The position numbers and the translations under genes are program-made. Positions 27,373 through 36,506 of a DNA stretch of 64,000 nucleotides are shown piece after piece. The stretch covers positions 1,821 to 65,820 of the forward strand of contig DATJUN010000020.1 of NCBI GenBank assembly GCA_035502275.1. The letters are read 5' to 3'. This DNA comes from Steroidobacteraceae bacterium. Its GTDB lineage: Bacteria; Pseudomonadota; Gammaproteobacteria; Steroidobacterales; Steroidobacteraceae. Under the pieces are notes generated by a model. It was not told the origin of the DNA. It saw only the letters and a list, made by a program, of their open reading frames with translations, and did no database searches. Positions within the stretch are counted from its first letter, which is position 1. Each line of letters begins with the position of its first letter.

Positions 27373-28860
27373 CTACCAGCTGACCGACACGTACTGGGTG
27401 TCGAGGTATTCGAACAGCCCCTCGTGCCCGCCCTCGCGTCCGAGCCCGCTCTGCTTCACGCCGCCAAAGGGCGCAGCCGGATCGGAGACCATGCCGCGGT
27501 TGAGGCCGACCATCCCCGCCTCGAGCCTCTCGGCGATCGCGAGTCCGCGCTTCAGGTCCGCGGTGTAGACGTAGGAGGCCAGACCGAACTCGCTGGAGTT
27601 GGCCAGCTTCAGCATGTCCTCCTCGTCGGAGAAGGTCTGAATCGCGGCGACTGGCCCGAAGATCTCCTCGCGCACCAGATCGGCATCGGCCGGAACCTGC
27701 GTGAGCACGGTGGCAGGATAGAAGTATCCCTTGCCCTTGGCAGGCTCGCCCCCGGTGACCACACGGGCGCCCTTCTGCTTCGCCTGCTGCACCAGCGAGT
27801 GCACCTTGTCGCGTGTCTGCGCATTCACCAGCGGACCGACGGTCACGCCGTCCTCCAGCCCGTGGCCCATCTTCAGCGCCGACATCCTGGCGGCGAGTTT
27901 CTTCGAGAATTCCTCGGCCACCGACTCGTGCACGTAGAAGCGGTTGGCGGCGGTGCAGGCTTCACCGATGTTGCGCATCTTGGCAATCATCGCGCCGTCG
28001 ACCGCCTCATCGATATTTGCATCCTCGCAGACGATGAAGGGCGCATTGCCGCCGAGCTCCATCGCCGGACGCACGATATTGTCGGCTGCCTCCTTGATGA
28101 GGGTGCGGCCCACTTCGGTCGAGCCGGTAAAGGAGATCACGCGCACGCGCCCATCCTTGAGCATGGCCGAGACGACCTTGCCGGAGGAGCGCGAGGGCAC
28201 CAGGTTCACCACGCCCGCCGGCACGCCCGCTTCCTGCAGCAGCGGCATCAGCGCGAGCATGGTGAGCGGCGTTGCGGTGGCCGGCTTGATCACCACCGTG
28301 CAGCCGGCGGCCAGCGCCGGGCCGATCTTGCGCGTGGCCATGGCCGCCGGGAAATTCCACGGCGTGACCAGCAGCGCGATGCCCGCGGGCTTGTGATTGA
28401 CCAGAATGCGCGCGCCCGAGCTCGGTGCGCGCGAGGACTGACCGATGACGCGCACGGCTTCTTCCGCATTCCAGCGGAAGAATTCCGCCGCATAGGCGAT
28501 CTCGGCGCGCGAGTCCGCCAGGCTCTTGCCATTCTCGAGCGTGATGATGCGTGCGAGCCGCTCGGCATCGCGCACGATGAGCTCGAATGCGCGGCGCAGG
28601 ATCTCCCCGCGCGCGCGCGGGGTCTTCGCTGCCCAGGGACCGAAGGCGGCCTGCGCGGCATCCAGTGCGGCGATGCAGTCCTCCACCGTGCCGCTGGCCA
28701 CGGAAGCCACCGCGCGCTCGGTCGCCGGATCCTCGACGTCGAAGCGCGCACCATCGGAGGCGCCGCGCCAGCGCCCGCCGATCCAGAGATCCGTCGGCAC
28801 GCCCGCGAGCAGCTGCTCGGGGGAGTTTGCCTGCGCGACAGGTTGGGCGTTGGCGTTCAT
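27373..28860 (-). CDS. gabD: NAD(P)-dependent succinate-semialdehyde dehydrogenase
   Basis: LWIGGRW...FDVEDPAT, TPWNFP, MELGGNAPFIV and RNIGEACTAANRF are GabD-type ALDH signatures. Confidence 0.8.
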   Translation of the reverse strand: MNANAQPVAQANSPEQLLAGVPTDLWIGGRWRGASDGARFDVEDPATERAVASVASGTVEDCIAALDAAQAAFGPWAAKTPRARGEILRRAFELIVRDAERLARIITLENGKSLADSRAEIAYAAEFFRWNAEEAVRVIGQSSRAPSSGARILVNHKPAGIALLVTPWNFPAAMATRKIGPALAAGCTVVIKPATATPLTMLALMPLLQEAGVPAGVVNLVPSRSSGKVVSAMLKDGRVRVISFTGSTEVGRTLIKEAADNIVRPAMELGGNAPFIVCEDANIDEAVDGAMIAKMRNIGEACTAANRFYVHESVAEEFSKKLAARMSALKMGHGLEDGVTVGPLVNAQTRDKVHSLVQQAKQKGARVVTGGEPAKGKGYFYPATVLTQVPADADLVREEIFGPVAAIQTFSDEEDMLKLANSSEFGLASYVYTADLKRGLAIAERLEAGMVGLNRGMVSDPAAPFGGVKQSGLGREGGHEGLFEYLDTQYVSVSW

Positions 28861-28911
28861 GGCAGCCTCCGGGTGGAACGTCGCGACGGCCCGGCCGCCG
28901 CGAGGTTCATT

Positions 28912-29892
28912 TCAAGCGGACAGGGAGCGGCGCACGCTCTCGGTGATGCGGGCGACGCTTGGAATTGCAAGGTCCTCCAGGATGTCGGAGGCCGGCAGTG
29001 GAATATGCGGGGTGGTAATGCGCACCGGCGGACCGTCGAGGTCGTAGAAAGCCTCGTCGGCGACGATGGACATGATCTCCGCCCCCCAGCCCAGCACGCG
29101 TGGATTCTCCTCGACCGTGAACACGCGATTGGTCTTGGCGACCGAGGAGAGAATGGTCTGCGCATCCAGCGGCACCAGCGAGCGCACGTCGATCACCTCT
29201 GCCTGCACGCCGTGCTCGGCGGCAAGCTTCTCGGCCGCGGCCAGCGAGCGCGGCACCATGAGCCCCAGCGCCAGGATCGTGCAGTCGCTGCCGGTGCGCA
29301 GCACGCGGGCCACGCCGAGCTTGTCGACGATCTCGCCGTCGGGAACCTCGCCCTTGGTGGCGTAGAGCGACTTGTGCTCGACGAAGATCACCGGATCCGG
29401 ATCACGCACCGAGGCGGCCAGCAGGCCGATGACATCGACCGGGGAGGAAGGCGCGACGACCTTCAGGCCCGGGTACTGCATGCACCAGTTCTCCACGCTC
29501 TGGCTGTGCTGCGCACCGAAGCGCGCCCCACCGCCGCTGCCGACGCGCACGACCAGCGGGCACTTGGCCTGCCCGTTGGTCATGTAGCGGCTCTTGGGAA
29601 ATTCGTTGGCGATGTAGTCGTAGCAGACCGCGAGGAAGTCCGCGAACATGATCTCGGCGATGGGCTTCAGGCCCGTCATCGCCGCGCCCATCGCCGCGCC
29701 GAGAATGGCCTGCTCCGAGATCGGCGTGTCACGCACGCGCAGCGGCCCGAACTGCTCGAGCAGCCCGACGGTGGCCTTGAATACGCCGCCCGCCTTGGCA
29801 ATGTCCTCGCCCAGAAAGACGACGTCCTCATCGCGCGCCATCTCCTGCGCAATGCCGCGCGCCACGGCGTCGCGATAGGTCAGTTCCGCCAT
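28912..29892 (-). CDS. 2-oxoacid (pyruvate/acetoin-type) dehydrogenase E1 component, beta subunit
   Basis: MAELTYRDAV..EDVVFLGEDIAKAGGVFKAT..RVRDTPISE is a typical E1-beta (transketolase-like) sequence. 13-nt overlap with E1 alpha. Confidence 0.9.
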   Translation of the reverse strand: MAELTYRDAVARGIAQEMARDEDVVFLGEDIAKAGGVFKATVGLLEQFGPLRVRDTPISEQAILGAAMGAAMTGLKPIAEIMFADFLAVCYDYIANEFPKSRYMTNGQAKCPLVVRVGSGGGARFGAQHSQSVENWCMQYPGLKVVAPSSPVDVIGLLAASVRDPDPVIFVEHKSLYATKGEVPDGEIVDKLGVARVLRTGSDCTILALGLMVPRSLAAAEKLAAEHGVQAEVIDVRSLVPLDAQTILSSVAKTNRVFTVEENPRVLGWGAEIMSIVADEAFYDLDGPPVRITTPHIPLPASDILEDLAIPSVARITESVRRSLSA

Positions 29893-30923
29893 GTGCTGCC
29901 CCCATCGGCATAGACATCGGTGTAGAGAAGATCGGTCGAGGGCGGCGGGGCCTTCTTGCAGGCCTCGGTCGCCTCATCGACGATGCGGCGCACGTCCGCG
30001 TCGATGGCATCGAGCTTGCCGGCATCGAAGCCCATCTCATCCAGGCGGCGCCGGTACAGCTTGATGGGATCACGCTGCTTCCAGCGCTCGAGCTCGCCCG
30101 CGGGGCGATACTTGGCGGGATCGGCGCGCGAATGACCCGAGTAGCGGTAGGTCAGGCACTCGATGAGCGAGGGACCCTCTCCACGCCGCGCCTTGTCATA
30201 GGCGGCGCGCATCGTGGTGAACACTACATCGGCGTCGTTGCCGTCGATGACGATCTTCGGCAGCCCGTAGGCCGCGGCGCGATCGCCCGCCGGCGAGGGC
30301 ACCGCGGTCACGTCCGCAATCGGCGTGTACTCCATGTAGAGATTGTTCTCGCAGACGAACACCACCGGCAGCTTCCAGATCACGGCGAAATTCAGCGCCT
30401 CATGGAAGGCACCGATGTTGGTCGTGCCGTCGCCGAAGAAGCAGGTGGTCACATCGGACTGCTTCTTGTACTGCGCGCGCCAGGCCGCGCCGCAGGCGAT
30501 GGGCAGATGTGCCCCGATGATGGCGTAGGATCCCATGACGCCGTGCTCGACCGAGGTCAGATGCATCGAGCCGCCCTTGCCGCGCATCAGGCCATTGTCG
30601 CGGCCCATGAGCTCGCCGAGCACCTTCTCGACCGGAACGCCACGCGCCAGCGTGTGGGCGTGACCGCGATAGGTGCAGAAACTCAGATCGCCCGGCTGCA
30701 TTGCGGCGGCGCAGCCGGCCGCGACGGCCTCCTGGCCGAGCGACAGGTGGCTCGTGCCCTTGACGAGGTTCTGCAGAAACAGGTCATAGGCGCGCTGCTC
30801 GGCGTCGCGGATGAGCACCTGCAGCCGATAGAGCTCCAGGCGCTTGGCCTCGCCGATGTCGTCTTCCCGGACCGTCTCCGTGGGTACGGCCGCCAGGCCC
30901 CTCGGACTCGCTTTGACCACCAT
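29880..30923 (-). CDS. 2-oxoacid dehydrogenase E1 component, alpha subunit (ThDP-dependent)
   Basis: YRLQVLIRDAEQRAYDLF, TYRGHAHTLARG, and the ThDP motif GDGTTNIGAFHEALNFA..LPVVFVCENN. Confidence 0.9.
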   Translation of the reverse strand: MVVKASPRGLAAVPTETVREDDIGEAKRLELYRLQVLIRDAEQRAYDLFLQNLVKGTSHLSLGQEAVAAGCAAAMQPGDLSFCTYRGHAHTLARGVPVEKVLGELMGRDNGLMRGKGGSMHLTSVEHGVMGSYAIIGAHLPIACGAAWRAQYKKQSDVTTCFFGDGTTNIGAFHEALNFAVIWKLPVVFVCENNLYMEYTPIADVTAVPSPAGDRAAAYGLPKIVIDGNDADVVFTTMRAAYDKARRGEGPSLIECLTYRYSGHSRADPAKYRPAGELERWKQRDPIKLYRRRLDEMGFDAGKLDAIDADVRRIVDEATEACKKAPPPSTDLLYTDVYADGGSTWRN

Positions 30924-30961
30924 ATGACCTCCAGAACCGGCAATCGAGCCTATTCTAACCG

Positions 30962-32167
30962 TTATTGGGGGACCCCTGCTTCCGGCGGCGTCGCCGCCCG
31001 CGCGCGCGCCGCCGCGGTGCGTTGCGCGACCCGGTCCAGCAGGTTGACCATCTCGGAGAGCTCATCGGGCGCGATCCCCTGCGTAATGAAGACGATGCGC
31101 GTGCGACGATCGGCGTCCGGCCAGCGCGGCAGCCAGGTCAGGTTATGCAGCAGATGCTGCGCGCCCTGTATCACGGCGGGCTGCTCCGGCTCCTCGGCCA
31201 CGTGAATGAGTCCCTTGACGCGCAGCAGTTTCGGGCCCAGATGCCGCTCGAGGGAACTGAGCAGCAGCTGCACGGCCTCGCGCGGCAGCGGCGTCTCACG
31301 GATTAAGTTGAACGTCGAGATCGCATCCTCGTGCGCGTGTGAGGCCGGCGCGGCATGGGCATGCCCTTCGTGCCCATGACCTTCATGCTCATCGTGCCCT
31401 TCATGCCCATGCCCCTCAGGCTCATGTGCATGGCCGCCCTCGCCCCCGGCGCCCTCGCCGCGCCCGCCCAGGGCGTGTGCCAGCCACGCCGCGGCGCTCT
31501 CGGGTCCCCCGCCCGGATCGGGGCCCACGCTGCGCAACAGCCGCATCGGATCGGCGGACGGATCGTCCACCGCGCTGATGCTCGCAGTCGCATTGATGGT
31601 GCGCAGCCGCGCGGTGAGCGCAGCGCGCGCGCTGTCGCGCTCGCCGGGCTCGAGCAGATCGAGCTTGGTGATGAGCAGATGATCGGCCAGCGCCGCCTGC
31701 GCCACCGAGACCGGATGCTGATCGAGCGTGTGCGGTCCATTGATCGCATCGACGGTCGTGACCACCGCCCCCACGCGCCACAGGCCCGCGAGCAGTGGCT
31801 GGGAGAGAAACGCCTGCAACACGGGCGCGGGCTCGGCGAGTCCCGACGTCTCGATGACCACGTGATCGAAGGCGATCTCGCCAGCCTCGCGTGCGAGCCA
31901 GAGCTGGTTGAAGGTCTGCACCAGGTCGCCGAACACCGTGCAGCACAGGCAGCCGTTCTCCAGCACCACGATGGAATCATTGCTCACCTGCGTGAGCGCA
32001 TGATCGATTGAAATCTCGCCGAACTCGTTGACGACGATCATCGTGCGCGCCATCGCCGGATCGCGCAGCGCGCGGTTCAGCAGTGTCGTCTTGCCGCTGC
32101 CGAGAAAGCCGGTCAGCAGCGTGACGGGCGTATGTACGTCCGGACGGGCTGAGTGCTGCTCGGTCAT
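30962..32167 (-). CDS. COG0523 / CobW-family G3E P-loop GTPase with His-rich insert (putative metallochaperone)
   Basis: Walker A GFLGSGKTTLLN, the CxCC metal motif (GCLCCT), and a His-rich tract HAHEPEGHGHEGHDEHEGHGHEGHAHAAPASHAHED. The 506-aa ORF is trimmed to the ATG at 32167. Confidence 0.85.
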   Translation of the reverse strand: MTEQHSARPDVHTPVTLLTGFLGSGKTTLLNRALRDPAMARTMIVVNEFGEISIDHALTQVSNDSIVVLENGCLCCTVFGDLVQTFNQLWLAREAGEIAFDHVVIETSGLAEPAPVLQAFLSQPLLAGLWRVGAVVTTVDAINGPHTLDQHPVSVAQAALADHLLITKLDLLEPGERDSARAALTARLRTINATASISAVDDPSADPMRLLRSVGPDPGGGPESAAAWLAHALGGRGEGAGGEGGHAHEPEGHGHEGHDEHEGHGHEGHAHAAPASHAHEDAISTFNLIRETPLPREAVQLLLSSLERHLGPKLLRVKGLIHVAEEPEQPAVIQGAQHLLHNLTWLPRWPDADRRTRIVFITQGIAPDELSEMVNLLDRVAQRTAAARARAATPPEAGVPQ

Positions 32168-32181
32168 GACGGCTGCTGCCT

Positions 32182-33063
32182 TCAGGCCAGACCGCTGGCG
32201 CGCGCCTGCTCGAGCGCCATGGCCGCCCAGTCCTTCTGGATATCCCCGTGCGCGATGGCCCCCAGCAGCCGCTCGCGGCAGACGCTGGCGCTGGGCAGCG
32301 GCACGGCGGTCCGGCCACCCGCGGCCAGCGCCAGGTCCACATCCTTGAGTGCCAGCGCGACGGTAAAGCCCGCCTTGTCCCAGCTGCGCTCGGTAATGAT
32401 GCGCGCATAGATGGTGTATGCGGGCGAGGCGAACAGGCCATCGGTCACGACATCGTAGAACGCCGCCGGCGGTGCCCCGCACTTCTGCACCAGCGAGAAC
32501 GCCTCGCCCATCGCCTCGATCGCGCAGGCCAGCAGCATGTTGTTCGCGAGCTTCGTCGCCGCGGCCGCGCGCGGTTCGCTGCCGAGCTCGAAGACGCGCC
32601 GGCCGAGCGCCTCGAGCAGCGGGCGCACGCGCGCAACGGCCGCCGCCTCGCCCGCGGCAAGCACGCCCAGCCGACCCGCCGTCACCGCTTCGGGCCGACC
32701 GAGCACCGGTGCGGACACCAGTGTCTGCCCCTGCGCCTGATGCGCCTTCTCGAGCGCCTCCACGGCCGGAACGCCGTAGGTGCCCATCGCGACGTGAATG
32801 CCGCCGCGTGGCAGCGAGGCGAGCAGCCCCTGGGGATCGTGCGCCACCGCGGCGAGCGCCGCATCGTCGGTGAGCATCGAAAGCACGATGCCGCCATGCT
32901 GCGCAGCCTCGGCGATGCTCGCCGCCGGCCTGGCGCCGAGCGCCACCAGCGGCGCAAGCTTCTCGCGCGTGCGGTTGTAGACCATGACGTCGTGTCCCGC
33001 CTGCACCAGACGCGTGGCCATCGCCTGCCCCATGAGTCCCAGTCCGATGAAACCGACTTTCAA
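32182..33063 (-). CDS. NAD(P)-dependent beta-hydroxyacid dehydrogenase (3-hydroxyisobutyrate dehydrogenase family)
   Basis: Rossmann motif KVGFIGLGLMGQAMATRL at the N-terminus. I place the start at the TTG at 33063, preceded by a GGGAGAG RBS. The longer track ORF has no support upstream. Confidence 0.75.
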   Translation of the reverse strand: MKVGFIGLGLMGQAMATRLVQAGHDVMVYNRTREKLAPLVALGARPAASIAEAAQHGGIVLSMLTDDAALAAVAHDPQGLLASLPRGGIHVAMGTYGVPAVEALEKAHQAQGQTLVSAPVLGRPEAVTAGRLGVLAAGEAAAVARVRPLLEALGRRVFELGSEPRAAAATKLANNMLLACAIEAMGEAFSLVQKCGAPPAAFYDVVTDGLFASPAYTIYARIITERSWDKAGFTVALALKDVDLALAAGGRTAVPLPSASVCRERLLGAIAHGDIQKDWAAMALEQARASGLA

Positions 33064-33166
33064 CGTCGCTCTCCCGATGCGGTCAGATAAGTAGGCAGCG
33101 CCAGGCGCGAGGCGTCCGGCGTTCGTAGCCTGCCCGCGGCGTCGGCGGACAGCGCTGCGTGCGGCC

Positions 33167-34576
33167 TCAGGCCAGCAGCAGCAGCGGTGACTCCAGCAGC
33201 GTGCGGATGGCGCCCAGCAGCCGCGCCCCGAGTGCTCCGTCGATGACACGATGGTCACAGGAGAGCGTGAGACTCATGACGCTGCCGAAGCGGACCGAGC
33301 CGTCCGGCCCTTCCACGGGTCGACGCTCGGCGGCGCCCACCGCCAGGATGGCCGCCTGCGGCGGATTGACGATGGCGGCAAACTCGCGCACACCGTACAT
33401 GCCCAGATTCGAGATGGTGATCGCACCGCCCGAGTATTCGGCCGGCTTGAGGCTTCGGCCCTGCGCCCGCTCGGCGAGGCTCTTCATCTCGCGCGACAGC
33501 GCGCCGATCGACTTGGCGGCCGCGTCGCGGATCACCGGCGTGAACAGCCCGCCTTCGATGGCCACCGCGACCGCAACGTCCGACTGACGGAAGCGCAGCA
33601 CGCTGTCCTCGGCCCAGGCCGCATTCGCCTCCGGCACACGCTGCAGCGCCAGCGCCACGGCCTTGATGATGAAGTCGTTGATGGAGATCTTCAGCTGCCC
33701 ATTGCTCTGGGCATTGAGCTCGGTGCGCACCGCGACGAGCTTGTCCATCGACACGTCGGCGCTCAGATAGAAGTGCGGAATGCTCTGTTTGGCTTCGGTC
33801 AGCCGACGCGCGATCGTGCGTCGCATGCCATCGAGGGGCACCTCCTCGAAGACCACGCCGCCGTAGAGCGCCTTGACCTGCGCAGAAGACAAGGACGGCG
33901 CCGACAGGGCTGCCGCCGCAGTCGACGCGCCAGCCGAGGCGCCGTTGGCCCGTACGCCCGCCGCAGCCGGCGCGCGCCCCGCACCGCCCCGCTGTGCCGC
34001 GGCCCGCACGTCGCCGGCGACGATGTGGCCATGGGGCCCCGATCCCGTCAGGCCGCCGAGATCCACGCCGGACTCGGCGGCCAGCCGGCGCGCCACGGGC
34101 GTGACCTTGATGCCATTGGGCAGCGTCGCCGGCCCATAGTGCCGCTCCGGGGAGCGCACGGGATTGGCCGGATCGAAAGCAGCGCGTACGGCCGGCGCAG
34201 GACCCCCGCTCCGGGCCGTCGCCGCGGCGCTGGCCGCAGGGGAAGCGCTCGCAGCCCTGGTCGATGTCGTGCTTGCGGCTGCCGCGCTTCCGGCTGCCGC
34301 GGCCGGCGCGCCCGTCGTGGCCGACGCAGCCGTTGCCGCCGACGCGCCGCTTGCGAGCACCGCGACGATCGAGCCGACCGGCACGGTCGCGCCGGCGGCC
34401 ACGCGGATCTCCGTCAGCACACCGGGTTCCGTGGTCGGCACCTCCATGGAGGTCTTGTCGGTCTCGATCTCGAACAGCGCATCGCCCGCGGCGACCTTGT
34501 CGCCCACCGACTTGTACCAGGTGGTGATCTTGCCCTCGGCGACGGTCTCACCGAGCTGCGGCATCAGGATGTCCAT
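33167..34576 (-). CDS. Dihydrolipoamide acyltransferase (2-oxoacid dehydrogenase E2)
   Basis: One lipoyl domain (EIETDKTSMEV), Ala/Pro linkers, a peripheral-subunit-binding domain (TPVARRLAAESGVDL) and a catalytic DHRVIDGA motif. Confidence 0.9.
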   Translation of the reverse strand: MDILMPQLGETVAEGKITTWYKSVGDKVAAGDALFEIETDKTSMEVPTTEPGVLTEIRVAAGATVPVGSIVAVLASGASAATAASATTGAPAAAAGSAAAASTTSTRAASASPAASAAATARSGGPAPAVRAAFDPANPVRSPERHYGPATLPNGIKVTPVARRLAAESGVDLGGLTGSGPHGHIVAGDVRAAAQRGGAGRAPAAAGVRANGASAGASTAAAALSAPSLSSAQVKALYGGVVFEEVPLDGMRRTIARRLTEAKQSIPHFYLSADVSMDKLVAVRTELNAQSNGQLKISINDFIIKAVALALQRVPEANAAWAEDSVLRFRQSDVAVAVAIEGGLFTPVIRDAAAKSIGALSREMKSLAERAQGRSLKPAEYSGGAITISNLGMYGVREFAAIVNPPQAAILAVGAAERRPVEGPDGSVRFGSVMSLTLSCDHRVIDGALGARLLGAIRTLLESPLLLLA

Positions 34577-34598
34577 GGCTTGCTCTGGCCTCAGGCGC

Positions 34599-35855
34599 TC
34601 AGACGAACACGTCGCAGCCCGGCAGGCCGCAGGAGATCAATCGGTCGGAGGGGAAGTTGGTGATGATCTGGCAGCCGTCCTTGGTGACGACCACTTCCTC
34701 CTCGATGCGCGCGGCGCCCGAGCCATCGTCCGAGCCCTTCCAGGTCTCCAGCGCAAACACCATGCCCTCCTTGAGCGGCGTGTTCTGTCCCTTGTAGCGC
34801 TTGGAGAGGATCGGCCGCTCCCAGAGCGAGAGGCCCACGCCGTGTCCATACTGCAGCAGGAAGGCCTCGGCCTCGTCCTTGTAACCGAACTGCTGCGCAT
34901 CGGGCCACACCGCGGCGATCTCGTCGGGGGTGACACCGGGACGCACCATGTCCATCGAGGCCGCGAGCCACTTGGAGGCGGTCTCGTAGGCATCGATCTG
35001 ATGCTTGTTCGGCTCGCCGCAGATGAAGGTGCGGTAGTAGCAGGTGCGATAGCCGTTGTAGCTGTGCATGATGTCCAGGAACACCATGTCCCCCGGCTGG
35101 ATCATGCGATCGGAGAACGTGTGCGAATGCGGCCGGCCGCGCGGACCGGACACCGAATTCACGCACTCGACGCGCTCGGAGCCCATGCGAAACAGCCGGT
35201 CGTGCGCGATCGCCACGAGCTCGTTCTCGCGCGTTCCCGGACGGATAGCGCGGCAGATGTCGACGTAGGTCGCATCCACCATCGCGGCAGCGACCTTGAG
35301 CAGCTCGATCTCATCGGGTGTCTTGACCTCGCGCGCATCGAGCAGCGCCTGCTGGCCGTCGACGACCTCGATGCCGGCCTTCTCCAGCGCCCGCAGCATC
35401 GGCAGCTCCATCAGATCGATGCCGATGGGCTGATTGACGATGCCGCGGTCGGTGAGCGCCTTTTTGATCTGGCGGGCGAAATCGTCCTGGATGTTGAGCC
35501 AGGGCGGCAGACCGCCCTGCATGGTAGAGATGGGCGCCGCGACATTGTCGGCGATCCAGGGGGAGGAGATGCGCTTGGCCGGCGGCGCCGGATCCCACAG
35601 CAGCGGTGCCCCTTCCGTCCCGCACAGCGCATAGCGCATGAACTTATCGCGCGCCCACTCGCCGATATGCGTGCCGGTGACATAACGGATGTTGTCCCAA
35701 TTGAAGCAGATGACCGCCCCGAGACCGGCGTTCTTGATCGCCTGCTGGGCGCGCGCGATACGCGCCTTGAGCAGGCGGTCGTAATCGACGCCCTTCTCCC
35801 AGTCCTTGGCCTGAGTTCCCCAGGAAGCCGTGCTGTAGGGTGAGTTGTATTTCAT
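34599..35855 (-). CDS. M24-family (creatinase/prolidase fold) hydrolase
   Basis: N-terminal creatinase-like domain (ICFNWDNIRYVTG) and a C-terminal pita-bread domain (FLDIMHSYNGYRTCYYRTF, YGHGVGLSLWERP, ALETW, RIEEEVVVTKDG). Confidence 0.75.
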   Translation of the reverse strand: MKYNSPYSTASWGTQAKDWEKGVDYDRLLKARIARAQQAIKNAGLGAVICFNWDNIRYVTGTHIGEWARDKFMRYALCGTEGAPLLWDPAPPAKRISSPWIADNVAAPISTMQGGLPPWLNIQDDFARQIKKALTDRGIVNQPIGIDLMELPMLRALEKAGIEVVDGQQALLDAREVKTPDEIELLKVAAAMVDATYVDICRAIRPGTRENELVAIAHDRLFRMGSERVECVNSVSGPRGRPHSHTFSDRMIQPGDMVFLDIMHSYNGYRTCYYRTFICGEPNKHQIDAYETASKWLAASMDMVRPGVTPDEIAAVWPDAQQFGYKDEAEAFLLQYGHGVGLSLWERPILSKRYKGQNTPLKEGMVFALETWKGSDDGSGAARIEEEVVVTKDGCQIITNFPSDRLISCGLPGCDVFV

Positions 35856-35936
35856 GCCGTCGACCCCTCGAAAGCCGCGTCGGAATTGTGCGTCAGGAAG
35901 TCCCCTAGGATAGCACGCGACCCGCGCGCGCCGGCG

Positions 35937-36503
35937 CTACACCCGAAACCAGGGCCGGATGCCCCACGGCACCCCGGCCAGGATGATCAGCCAGGTGATG
36001 CCGTAAAAGATCAGCGCGCGACGGTGATGCCCCGCGTCGCTGCGCGCACGACGCACCAGCACCGCCGAGACGTGCACGGCTACGAAAGCGCTGAACATGA
36101 TGGCCGGGTGAAACAGCGTGAAGAACGGCGGCAGGCGCATGGTCGTGACTCTCAGCGCCACGGTCGTCAGGGGGCTGAGGATCAGATACATCGCAAATCC
36201 GAGCAGAACCTGGATATCCACTGCGATGCCGAAAAAGCGGGCCTGCCTGGCCCCGCCCGCCGCCCACGGGCGCTCCCCCGACAGTCCGCTGACGGCACTC
36301 ACCAGCGTCGCCAGACCCGAGATCAGCACCACCCAGCGCCAGTCACTGTGCGCGACCAGTACCCAACGGTACAGATCGAGGCTCGTGGGCTGGACCGGCG
36401 CGGTCAGCGCCAGCGGCACAGCGGCCGGGGCTGTGGCCGGGGCGCCCGTGACCGCGCCGCCGGCAGCGTCGGCCGCAGCGGCGGCCAGCATCAGAAGGTG
36501 CAT
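35937..36503 (-). CDS. Hypothetical integral membrane protein
   Basis: 188 aa with about 4 hydrophobic helices. Packed between the CoA-transferase B and M24 genes (a 3-nt gap upstream). Confidence 0.5.
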   Translation of the reverse strand: MHLLMLAAAAADAAGGAVTGAPATAPAAVPLALTAPVQPTSLDLYRWVLVAHSDWRWVVLISGLATLVSAVSGLSGERPWAAGGARQARFFGIAVDIQVLLGFAMYLILSPLTTVALRVTTMRLPPFFTLFHPAIMFSAFVAVHVSAVLVRRARSDAGHHRRALIFYGITWLIILAGVPWGIRPWFRV

Positions 36504-36506
36504 GGC

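Noticed and set aside
27259-29913. 884-aa plus-strand ORF, one of the longest in the track.
   Set aside because: It is exactly antisense to the succinate-semialdehyde dehydrogenase and E1-beta genes, which have clear family signatures. Its translation is Arg/Ala/Gly/His-rich low-complexity with no recognisable motif. This is the typical stop-free antisense frame of a high-GC genome.
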